A stretch of DNA of 51,024 bases, the filler included, from Jimgerdemannia flammicorona (lineage: Eukaryota), in NCBI GenBank assembly GCA_003990765.1. It is 2 parts of 2 records of this genome, joined end to end, with 100 filler letters (N's around TTAATTAATTAA, not from the genome) between each part and the next. Parts side by side here need not be neighbours in the genome. Positions count along the whole stretch, not along the records: positions 25,574 to 51,024 come from RBNJ01000829.1; 1 more part is not named here. One strand, 5' to 3'. The notes beneath the pieces were generated by a model. The model was not told the DNA's origin, made no database searches, and worked only from the letters and a program-made list of their open reading frames with translations. Positions 39,627-49,806 of the stretch are shown one piece after another; positions within the stretch are counted from its first letter, which is position 1, and every line of letters begins with the position of its first letter. The translations under genes and the position numbers were made by a program.

Positions 39627-41468
39627 ATGCTCGCAAAATCACTCTTCTTGGCCGTGGTTGCCACACTCATCGCTCTCGGCCGAGCTAAAGAGGATAATAT
39701 TATCGCTCCCGTCGATAGCGATGTCATCATCCTCACCAAAAACACGTTCGAGGCCGTCATGAGGCCCGAGGAGCTCATCATGATCGAGTTCTACACTCCG
39801 TGGTACGGGCACAGCAAGGCGCTGGGTGCGTAGGGGCTCAGTCATATATAATTGCTCTAAAGATTTCAATGTCATCTTCCAATATTGATCCCGTTCCGCT
39901 TGCTCGAAACAAAATATCAACCCCTCAGCTCCCGAGTACGAGAGCGCCGCCACGACACTCAAGGAGGACAACCTCAAGCTCGCCAAGGTTGATTGTGACG
40001 CAGAGAAGGATCTGTGCCAAGAGCACGGAATTGATGAATATCCTACCATCAAGATCTTTAAGTCCGGCAGACCCACCAACTATGGCGGTACCCAGAAGGC
40101 GGATGACCTCGTCAACTACATGAGGAGGTACATAAGTTGATATTTGAGTGGTTCACCACGGATGAACGACACATCATCTACTGACACCTCGATCTCCTTC
40201 CAGACACTCCCTCCCCGCCCTCTCCGAGGTCACCGACGTGGAAGCATTTCGAGCCGCCGCCGACATAGCCGTACTCGCCTTTCTCTCGGAATCCGACAAA
40301 GCCTGGTATGACATCTTTCACAATGTAGCTTCTGACCTCCGCGACGACTACCTTTTCGGTGTGGCGACGTCAGAGGAACTCGCGCAGGAGTACAATGCCA
40401 GCCACCCGTCGGTGCTTCTCTTTAAGATGTTTGATGACGATATAATCCGGTACGACGGCGACTTCTTGGAGGATGACCTATCGCTATTCGTGCACATGAA
40501 CGCCGTTCCGGTCTTCGGCGAGATAGATACTGCCAACTTCGCCAGCTACGCTGAGGCCGGCCTGCCGCTCGCATACCTGTTCGTCGATGACGAGGAAGAG
40601 CGCGATCGCCTGGTAGAGGGGCTCAAGCCTATTGCGAGGGAGTATAAGGAGAGGATATACTTTGTGTATATTAATGCGAGTGTCTACGGCGAGTACGCAT
40701 TAACCTTGAACCTCATGGCGGAGTGGCCCGCGTTCGGGATACAGCAGCCTGAGAATGGGGCCAAGTTTCCGTATGATCAGAGTAAGAATATTACTGTCGA
40801 GGGCGTCAAGGAGTTTGTTGCTATGTATATGGCAGGTGAAATTGCGCCCAGTGTCAAGTCGCAGCCGGTTCCGGAGAAGAACGATAATCCGGTAAAGGTT
40901 TTGGTTTACCACAATTTTGACGAAATCGTCTATGATACTGAGAAGGACGTGTTCGTCGAGTTCTATGCTCCTTGTAAGTGATCTCACTTGCTCTCTTTCC
41001 CAAACGTCATATATTTATTTCGGTACGTGTAGTGATTCCCGACCCTCTGCTTCTCCATTTTTCTTTTTTTTTTTTTTTTCTTTTCCCACCCAAGGGTGTA
41101 GTCGCTGCAAGGAGCTCGCCCCTACGTGGGACAACCTAGCAACGAAGCTTCACGCCAACCCGGCCAACGCCAACATTATGATCGCGAAGATAGATCTGAC
41201 GGCGAACGATCTCCCGTTGCGCCTGCCCTTCCGGGTGCAGGGCCTCCCGACGTTCAAGCTGTTCAAGGCAGGAGAAAAGGAGATCATCGACTTTGATGAC
41301 GGGGAGCACAGCCTCGCCGCCCTCGTAGAGTTCCTCGAGGAGAACGCCGTCAACACACCCGTCCTGCCGAGAGAGGCAGGGTTCGTCGTGCAGCCACACC
41401 AGGTCGTAGTTAAGGTTGGGGAGAAGGTGGTTGAGCTGGAGGAGGGCGGTTGGCATGACGAGTTGTAG
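39627..41468 (+). CDS. Protein disulfide isomerase family protein (a-b-b'-a', ER lumen), 513 aa; exons 39627-39825, 39929-40127, 40204-40973, 41095-41468
   Basis: Signal peptide MLAKSLFLAVVATLIALGRA. Three GT-AG introns restore a continuous frame (KALAPEYESAATTLK, AKVDC, FYAPWCSRCKELAPTW, GLPTFKLF). C-terminal HDEL; no stops; CpG-rich. Confidence 0.92.
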
Positions 41469-41595
41469 ATAGTTAGATTTCTTTCCTTTCTTTCGGTCCT
41501 TTCGACACTTTTTTTTAGTCTATGGTATATCTTGGTTCATGGGACGGGTTAAAGCGACGAAAACATTTCTGGTTCAAATGACCAATGTTCTTTAA

Positions 41596-41979
41596 TTGCG
41601 TACATACATATTAGCCATTTGCAGCAAGAAAGAGTCCTCCAAACCCAATGACTCTCAAAACTGCAAAAGTAGTGATAAACCTGATAAACCTGACGGCATA
41701 ACTGAGCAGCTGGGATACATGCCAAAAATGGTCATCGACGTGACCACGCTCATCCAGCGGGGCTCTATCAACCCGAGCAACACGACAGATCCGACAACAT
41801 GGCACTTCCCGCAGAGCGCGCCGATAGCCGGCGCTCGTGGCATGCGGGCGTGTGCTGCTGGATCGGTAGCAGAGGTTCCGGACAAACGTCGTGGCGATTA
41901 CGATAGCATGGAAAGGGACAACTTGGAGGAGCCTCCGCCGCCGCCATATATGGAGGTTGTTACGTTGGAGCCGGTGTAG
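41596..41979 (+). CDS. Hypothetical ORF or orphan terminal exon ending in a PPPY (PY) motif
   Basis: 127-codon open frame inside the CpG-retaining island. Possible acceptor TTGCAG at 41619-41624; in-frame ATG at 41719; ends EEPPPPPYMEVVTLEPV. Confidence 0.3.
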   Translation: MRTYILAICSKKESSKPNDSQNCKSSDKPDKPDGITEQLGYMPKMVIDVTTLIQRGSINPSNTTDPTTWHFPQSAPIAGARGMRACAAGSVAEVPDKRRGDYDSMERDNLEEPPPPPYMEVVTLEPV

Positions 41980-42212
41980 GTGCGGGGGTCGTGGATTTGA
42001 GAAAAAGGTGGAGCCGGGAGATCTTCAATGTAGAAGGCCAAATATAGCACTGTAATATTTTCGGCCAATGTATGTGTAATTATAACTATGTCGAGGAGTT
42101 TTCGGATCTTAATGCATATGGAGTATATATCGGCTCGCTTTCCCCCGACCCATTACCCCCAAAGGACGATATACTATGTGATTGTCTGAAGGGAACGGTC
42201 GTTCTTTGATAC

Positions 42213-43581
42213 TGTGACAGACCAAAACGTACCACCTGAATTATAACTTAGCCAGATGACGTGAACAATTAGCATACATACCCAGCATGATGTGACTTCC
42301 AGTGTATCATAGTTACTCATGCCCACCACACTTATAATTAGCCAAGACACCAGATCAGGATTGTTTACCTGTGTCCTGTGGACACACTCATGTCCTGTGG
42401 ACACACTCATGTCCGGCGGACACACTTATGTCCTGCAGACACACTCATGTCCTGTGGATACACCTGTATCCAGAGGACACACCCAAACATTACCAAAGAT
42501 AGCAAATCTATAGTTAGCCACATAGTAACCAGATAGCAACCAACTTGTATAAATTACCCAGAGGTGCAAGTGAATAAAACCTCAGTCCGAAAAGTCCGAA
42601 ATTGAAGCAAAAGACAAGTCTGCCTACCACACTTCGAGAGGAACTCTACAGTCACTGTTAGGAGATTGTGAGCTTATTTCCCCTTTCCACTCCAGTCCAC
42701 TTTCCAATATAAAGAATGAGTTCATTTTTGGTACGCTTGCCAGATAAGCCTGAAGAATTCCAGTTTTCCGCCAAGTTCAAGGAAGAACTTCGCTGCATTC
42801 CCAGAGAGCCCACCTTTCTTGCCACAAGCCAGTTTCTGATGCAACTTCGCAGTGATCTGTTCATGCAAACGAAGCCAGTCCTTGACACAACTTTGCCAAG
42901 AGCCCCTCTCCAAGCCGCCATCCTGTTTCCCAGTTAAAGCCCACCATTTATAAGCTATCCACCATATTTCCAGTTGAAGCCGCTGATTTAGAAGAATCTG
43001 CGCCACCCAAGTTAATTTCCAGTTAAAGCCACCAACTTAGAAGAATCCATGTCACCCACCATTTTCAAGTTATCCACCTTCCCAGAGAACCTGCGCCATC
43101 TGAGTTATTTATTATTCCCAGTGAGCCTAGGAAGAATCTATGCCATACAATTCCCAGTGAGTCAAATCGAGTTATCCACCAAATTATCAGAACATCCTGT
43201 ATAAGGAACCTGCCGCGCTACACAAGAGATCGTCGTGCTACACAGAGATCATCATGCAGGAACCATATAAGGAGAACCACTAAATTGCCAGATCGTCATG
43301 CAGAAATCAGAGATCATCACTCAAGAAGAAAACCACTCACGCTACATACAAATTCTGTCATTCCCAGTTGACCCAGAAAGGAAACCCATTCACACAAATT
43401 GCTGCTACACCCAGAGAACTGTCCCAATAAGGAAATCGCTTGCAGATATCCAGCTTTTGACTATTATACCACTAAATACCAAGAACATTTTGTTGCTTTT
43501 TGACAAAGTAACTGGGGGCTCAAGCCAAACTACAATAACCCCCAACCTTGTAATTTGCCTCCATTGAGCCGGCATGTTATA
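42213..43581 (+). repeat. 5' LTR of Gypsy copy 2 (~1.37 kb)
   Basis: Starts TGTGAC at the edge of the CpG-rich island and ends CATGTTATA before the PBS. 19-bp tandem repeat at 42372-42482; TATAAA near 42548. The left boundary is less certain because U3 differs from copy 1. Confidence 0.82.
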
Positions 43582-43583
43582 TT

Positions 43584-43600
43584 TGGGGGCTCAACTGGGA
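43584..43600 (+). promoter_or_regulatory. Primer-binding site, tRNA-Pro type
   Basis: TGGGGGCTCAACTGGGA directly after the LTR end. Confidence 0.75.
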
Positions 43601-43614
43601 AGATTTCAAAATCA

Positions 43615-46600
43615 ACGTGACTTTTCAGCTCACAGGAACCTACAATCAAACTGGATACATTTGATACAACACCAACCTCTGCCACTACAGGAGAACCAGT
43701 CATCACTAGCATTTGGACAGGAAGAGAAGTAATCATCTCAAGACTTGCCAACTACCCAGCATCAGAAGGATCCCAACCAGAAGCAGGAGGCAGTACAGTC
43801 TGAAATCCCCAACCAGATCAACCAGATCAACCAGATCAACCAGACAATACAGGCAGCCCTGCTGGAATTTTTGGAGAACTTGCACAAGAACTAGAAGACC
43901 TTATTACTCGGACCCAATATCTTACAGCCAGACACCCTCCACCAGTCCCACCAATCTCACCAATAGAACCTCTACTACAATCTCTTAGAGAACCAGAAGT
44001 AGCTCCTACAAGAATACCTAGGTCTACTCCACCTCACCCAAGGACCAGAACACCATTTTCAAGATACCCAAGTACTCCTGTCTCTAGTGACAGTTCGGAA
44101 AGTGAATCAGAATCAGAATCTGAATTTGAACCAGAATCAGAAGAAAGTGACGAAGGAATGGCCACCTCATTACCAATCTTTGCAGGATACCTGGAGGAAG
44201 ACCCCAGAGAATTCCTTAATAGAATTGAAGGAATTGCAGTCTTGAGGAACCTCTCAGATGAAAGGAAAATCGCCATCTACAAAGCTCAGCTCAGAGAACC
44301 AGCCAGAGGGATTTTCCATCGAACAACAAACAGCCCAGATTCAGAACTAGCAAGACAGATACAAGCAGCAGTCTCCTATGAGCTAGAATATCAGACCATG
44401 GTCTACTGGCTCATAGAAAAGTATGCAGGAAATGAAATCCGCCATAAGGCTCAGGAATCCATTATGGGAATGAAGATGAATCTTGGAGAATCACCCCAAG
44501 CTTTCTTCATAAGAATCCAGAAGAGAATGCACTCTGCCAGGTTCAATGCCACCAACCAAGATATCATAGGTCCAATGACCTTCATGAATGGAATTCCTCC
44601 AAACATTGCTCAGCATGTTCACACCCTAGGCATCAGAAGGTCTGAAGAGCAAGTAGATGCAGCCTAAGGATTCTTTGATGTCAGGCAAGGAACTATCTGG
44701 AGCGACCATGACAAGAAGGAAGATAAAGAAGATATTCTGGTCAAAGCCCTGCAAGGACTCTTTCAAGGACATAAAAGGTCTGAAGAAAGAAGGCCAGCCA
44801 AGGAAGGAAAGAAGGACAGAAGTGAAATTCAAGACCTCAGCTCCAAGTTAGACTGATTGGTGGGACAGATTGAAAAACTCACCACACGTGAAAATCAGGA
44901 CTACCAAAATAACAGAGGGTACCCACCACAGAGGAACCAAGGTTATCTACCAAGAGATAATAGAAATTACCAGCAAGAAGAAAGAAGGTACCCTGTCCAA
45001 GATAGAACCCAAGTCCAATGCTTTTACTGTAGACAATTCAGACACTATACTACTGAATGTGACAACAAAAGAAGTGACCAAAGGGACTCAGAACCACCAA
45101 ACCAAAGGAGTGACACTCAGTACAAGAAGACTGAAGCCCATCCTGTTGAAGATTTCGAAGAAGCAAGCAACAGTAAAGACTACAGTGATCTAGACTTGTA
45201 TCCTACCAAGGTTACCACCCGAAAGACAGTCTACCCAGCAGAAAAAAGAAAGAGACCCATGGGAAGACCATCCAGGAACATCAGCAGGAGAATCATTCAA
45301 GAAGAAGATGAAGAACATGAGGAGGAACAAGTTGAAACACCTCCCCGAACCCCCTCACCCTTTATGCCTGAGACAAATGAATTGCCACCAGAAGATGAGG
45401 AAATGGAATAAGAAGAATGGGAACCTGTTGCTCCAAAGTCCAAGAAGAAGTACACTCTAAAGACCATGCCTAGAGACATTTACAATGAAGTCTGGCAGAA
45501 GATTCAAGAAGCCAAGATGGAAGTTCCTCTCCTACAGTTCTTGCAATTGATACCAGCTGGAGTTCGAAACAAATTGCTGAGAACCACAAGGTCTAGTACT
45601 GGCTGAGTTCCAATCCCACAGCAAGAACCAGTCTCCATCCCTGTCCAAGCAGCTGAAAGACATGTTAGCACTTACTTACATGGAGACATCAGAGGACAAA
45701 AAGCAAAAATCCTCATAGATACAGGAGCAGCTGTCTGTGTCATTGCCAAACAATTCTTGGACATCCTCCAATGGCCCATTGATGGACCATCCAACCTCAG
45801 CATCATAGTAGCAGATGGAGCCCGAACTCAACCCCTTGGAGAAGTACGAAATATCACTATCTCTCTTGGACACATTCAGTTCTCCATCCCCAAAGCTGTT
45901 ATCACTGAAGCTGTCACCTATGATATGATTCTTGGCACCAACTGGATGAAGGAAATGAATGCAGTTGTTGATATTGGCCAACAAGTACTCAAGTTTGACT
46001 ACCAAGACAAGAAGTATAGAGTTAAGGTAACCAGCTATGAACAATCAAAGAAGAAGAAGAAGGTCACTATCCAAGAAGAATATGCCAGCAGTGAGGAGTC
46101 TACTATAGAGGAGGAAGAAGAATCTGAAGATGGAAATGATCCCAGACTCAATCCTTGAATTAACCTGGTGGATGACAGACCAGAAGACAACGTGTGGGCC
46201 AAGAACACCATTCCCATCACCATTGGAGCCATTGCAGGAGAAGCCAAAGGATGCCCTATATGCCTCAAGAGATACAAGTGTCCTGAGCACTCCTCCAAGA
46301 TCATGGGAAAAAGGAAATCGCCTGGTGCAGTCTGCCCAGAATGCAGAAGAAAGAAGAAGGCTGCAGACACATTCCAGAAACACCTGCAACTGAAGCTGCA
46401 GAGGTACAAGCAATTTGGGGTCAAGAATTATCTGAGGAAGAAGAAACTTCTGACCAAGAAGTCCCTGAACAAGAAACACCTGATGAAGAAGAAGTCCCTG
46501 AACTCATTCCTTGAAATGATCCACGTTGGACACCACCTGAAGACAATGACCCCTGGAATACAGAGGAAGGACCTAGTACTATCACCATTATCCCAAAGAA

Positions 46601-48149
46601 AGAAACCCACCAAGAGAAAGCTTTCCGGCTAGGAAGATGTCCACATCAAATGGTCTTCCACTCTCCCCGAGACTATTGCTATTAGTGTCATCTGCTGGAC
46701 CAACAAGAAAGACAGAGACCCCAGAGACCAGAACCCCCAACTACTCTTGCACAGTCTACCACCTTTCAGGAAGTTACCACAAGATTACAAAGTCGATTTA
46801 GAGGACAAGGCTTCTTTATCCAAACAGAAATATATCCCTTGTCTACCCTTCCCCCAACCTATGATCAAGATGGGTACTGATTCCCAAGACAACAAGAGAT
46901 AAATAGCCAAGAACATCATTTCCAAGCAATGGGATATTGCAACCATGGGAGACACCCTGATTGCCAAGACTGCAGACATCAGAAGATTCACCTCAGTCAT
47001 GATGTTGCAGTGCACACCTTAAAGAAAGGAGATAACTGAAGCCAGATCCGGAAAAGTCAGATTCGAAAAAGCCAGACCAAGAAGCCTGGAAAAAGAATTC
47101 TCAAGATCTATGATTTGGGAGAAGATATCCTAGCTCTCATCAGACATATAACCCACCAAGGATGGGCAGAAGATGCTACCAACTTCATGGAAGCCCTTGA
47201 CCCTACAGGAAGAAGGAGAATAAATTACCTCTGAGACCCCTCTACTGGAGCCAGATGGCCACACCTCAACCTTAGAGCTTGAAGGCTTTCCGCTAGTGGA
47301 GCTTCAGCCTTAGGAAAGCTTGAACTCAGCAAGGACATCACCCAGTATGCCCCCAAGGCCAAACCCCTGACCAAAGCCCACCCAGAGGATATAGGATATG
47401 ATCTTCACAGCTTAGAGGATGAATCCATCAAGCCTGGAAAAACCTTCATGGTCAGAACCGGATTAGCCATGCAGCCACCTCAAGGAGCTTATATTCAACT
47501 GACCTCAAGGTCTGGACTTGCCAGACAAGGAATAACTATAGAAGGAGGAACCATTGACCCTGGATATACAGGCGAAATCAAGGTTATCCTACACAACAGC
47601 AGTGCAGAATGGCACCGAATCATTAGAGGACAGAAGATTGCCCAAGCAGTCTTCATGAAGGTCAAGACCCCACAGTTACAGGAAGTCTCTGAACTAACCA
47701 AAGGAATAAGACAAGCTAAGGGATTTGGAAGTTCAGACAGAAAAGAGGTGCACCTCCTTCAAGTCAACCGCCTCAAGAAGAATGTTCCCCAGCAAGTATA
47801 CTGGCAACCAGTCAGACTGCACAAGAATCTCATCTTGGAGCCTGGAGAACAAACCACTTTCGAAATATTTGTACCACCTGACCTCAGAAACCTCTTCTTT
47901 GAACCTAAGGAAGATATCCCACACCTAGACATAGAGGGGCACACATTTCCTGACAAGATGAATCCAGTACACTCCCAAGCAACCAACCAAAGTTGGGAGA
48001 CCATCATCCTGCCAAGAGGAACCATCATAGGACATCTGGTGCCTTTTCTCAACCGAACTCATAGAGAAGTTTATGAACTAAACCTATCGGGAAATGGCAA
48101 AAGGTCCCAGAAGAAAGGAAAGGCCCCTCTGCGACCCAGGAGACAGTGA
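43615..48149 (+). pseudogene. Gypsy copy 2 ORF1: Gag - CCHC - protease - Cys/His region - dUTPase - dUTPase-like fold
   Basis: ORFs 44158, 44857, 45757 and 46168 share a frame; a 1-nt deletion near 46355 shifts to the frame of 47448. CFYCRQFRHYTTEC, LIDTGA and all five dUTPase motifs are present. Confidence 0.9.
47350..47740 (+). other. dut: Trimeric dUTPase domain within Gypsy ORF1
   Basis: GYDL (47394), SRSGLA, GTIDPGYTGEIKV, KIAQ, RQAKGFGSS (47721-47735). Confidence 0.92.
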
Positions 48150-48157
48150 AGCCTTCC
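48089..48157 (+). promoter_or_regulatory. Predicted -1 ribosomal frameshift signal (slippery heptamer + pseudoknot)
   Basis: In-frame G GGA AAT and 7-nt spacer. Stem GGTCCCAGAAG/CCTCTGCGACC; loop GGAAAGGC complementary to GCCTTCC. Stems conserved in copy 1 (5947-6015). Confidence 0.7.
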
Positions 48158-49561
48158 ACCAACATTGGAGAAGAATTGACACCCCAACAACAGCAACAAC
48201 TAGTAGAACTTCTCAATAAATATCAAGATATCTTCATCACCGATTATGGCAACCTGCCATACAACCCATCATATCTTTACAGCATAAATACAGGAAGTGC
48301 AACACCCATCTGGCAGAAACCCTATAGAATACCCCATCACTTGAAAATATTCGAAAAGGAGCACATCCAAGAACTCTTAGACAATGGAGTCATCCGACCC
48401 TCTACCAGCCCCTGGGCCAGCCCTATACTTATTGTACCAAAGAAAGGAGGATGGAGACTCTGCATGGATTACAGAAAACTCAACTCAGTTACTGAAAAGG
48501 ATGCTTATCCTTTGCCCAGAATCAATGACCTTTTGGACCAGTTACAAGATGCCAGATACTTCAGCAGTATGGATCTCTTCGCAGGGTTCCATGAGATCCC
48601 CATGGACCCCAAGGACATTCAAAAGACAGCCTTCCTTGCTCTAGGAAAACTGTTTGAATACCTCCAAATGTCCTTTGGACTTTGCAATGCACCCCCCACC
48701 TTCCAGAGAATGATGAATTCGGTCTATGCCCCCTTGATCCACCACTGCCTGATTGTATACATGGATGATTCCAACATTTACTCAGCAAATTTCGAAGAAC
48801 ACCCACATCACCTAGAGGAATTCTTCAAGCTCACCTGCAAGAATCACTTGAGACTGAATGCAAAGAAATGCTACTTTGGAAAACAGAAACTTGAATTCCT
48901 AGGATTTGTGGTCTCAAAAGAAGGAACTCATGCAGACCCAAAGAAAACCAAGAAGATCAACAATTGGCCAGTACCCAAGACCCCAAAGGAAACACTATCA
49001 TTCCTGATGCTGGTATCCTACTACAGAAGGTTCATCAAGGATTTCACCCAAATTGCTGCCCCAATCCGAATCCTTCTCAAGAAAGGAATGATATTCAAAT
49101 GGACAGAATTACAGGAAAAAGCCTTCAGAGAACTCAAGAACCGCATGACTACAGCACCAATCCTTATGCGCCCCAATCTACAGAAGCCATTCATCTTGTA
49201 TACAGATGCTTCCAAAGATGGCTTGGGAGCAGTTCTAGCCCAAGAAGGACCTGACCAACAGCACCATATGATAGCTTATGCAAGCAGAGCTACCAATCAG
49301 CAGCAGACGAACTATGGTAGCACCAAACTGAAATGCCTTGCAGTCATATGGGCAGTCACCCTGTTCAAGCATTACCTCATTGGAAAAAGGTTCACCCTAA
49401 TCACAGACCATGCAGCCCTCAAATGGCTATTTAACTGCAAGGAACCTGCTGGAATTCTAGCCCGCTGGATCCTTATCCTTCAGGATTACAAAATCACCAT
49501 CATTCATAAAGCAGGGAAAGCCTACAACAATGTTGATGTACTTTCCCACCAGCCCCAATGA
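48146..49561 (+). CDS. Gypsy reverse transcriptase-RNase H (open frame, probably expressed by -1 frameshift from ORF1)
   Basis: 471-aa uninterrupted frame: SPWASP, YPLPRI, FGLCNAP.TFQR, YMDD, LYTDAS, TDHAALKW. Confidence 0.9.
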   Translation: MKPSTNIGEELTPQQQQQLVELLNKYQDIFITDYGNLPYNPSYLYSINTGSATPIWQKPYRIPHHLKIFEKEHIQELLDNGVIRPSTSPWASPILIVPKKGGWRLCMDYRKLNSVTEKDAYPLPRINDLLDQLQDARYFSSMDLFAGFHEIPMDPKDIQKTAFLALGKLFEYLQMSFGLCNAPPTFQRMMNSVYAPLIHHCLIVYMDDSNIYSANFEEHPHHLEEFFKLTCKNHLRLNAKKCYFGKQKLEFLGFVVSKEGTHADPKKTKKINNWPVPKTPKETLSFLMLVSYYRRFIKDFTQIAAPIRILLKKGMIFKWTELQEKAFRELKNRMTTAPILMRPNLQKPFILYTDASKDGLGAVLAQEGPDQQHHMIAYASRATNQQQTNYGSTKLKCLAVIWAVTLFKHYLIGKRFTLITDHAALKWLFNCKEPAGILARWILILQDYKITIIHKAGKAYNNVDVLSHQPQ

Positions 49562-49795
49562 ATCAGAGGAAGGGTGTCCTGAGGAACCACACCCTAAAGG
49601 AAGCTCCTCAGACTATCAAAGCACAAGAAGATCTTATCCAAAAAGAACATCAGAAAGCCCACCAAGGACAGACAAGCATAGAAGATAGGATTCGAGAACA
49701 GTATCAACATTGGCCCCACCTCAGAACTCAAGTTCGGGACATCATCCAGAAATGTGACATTTGTCAGAAGTACTAAGGAAAGAAGAATTATCCAG
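49558..49795 (+). pseudogene. Integrase N-terminal HHCC domain (separate -1 ORF), truncated by insertion
   Basis: ATG overlapping the RNase H TGA; EHQKAHQG...HWP.LR..V...I.KCDICQK. Confidence 0.85.
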
Positions 49796-49806
49796 TGAAC
49801 TGGTCA

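Larger units (their letters stand above)
42213..49795 (+). mobile_element. Ty3/Gypsy LTR retrotransposon copy 2 (best preserved), interrupted at the start of integrase by repeat F
   Basis: Full 5' LTR, PBS, ORF1, intact RT-RNase H frame and integrase HHCC; colinear with copy 1. Confidence 0.95.

Noticed and set aside
42372..42482. CRISPR-like palindromic repeat array
   Set aside because: Units are directly tandem with no spacers, lie inside an LTR, and there are no cas genes in this eukaryotic context.
43200..43620. Gag initiating inside the LTR (Ty1-like)
   Set aside because: The frame is nearly open in copy 2, but 1-nt and 20-nt indels relative to the copy 1 LTRs break frame conservation upstream of the PBS.
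46164..46632. Apparent additional programmed -1 frameshift between protease and the dUTPase region
   Set aside because: Copy 1 reads through in one frame (4191-4290). Copy 2 simply has a 1-nt deletion near 46355.
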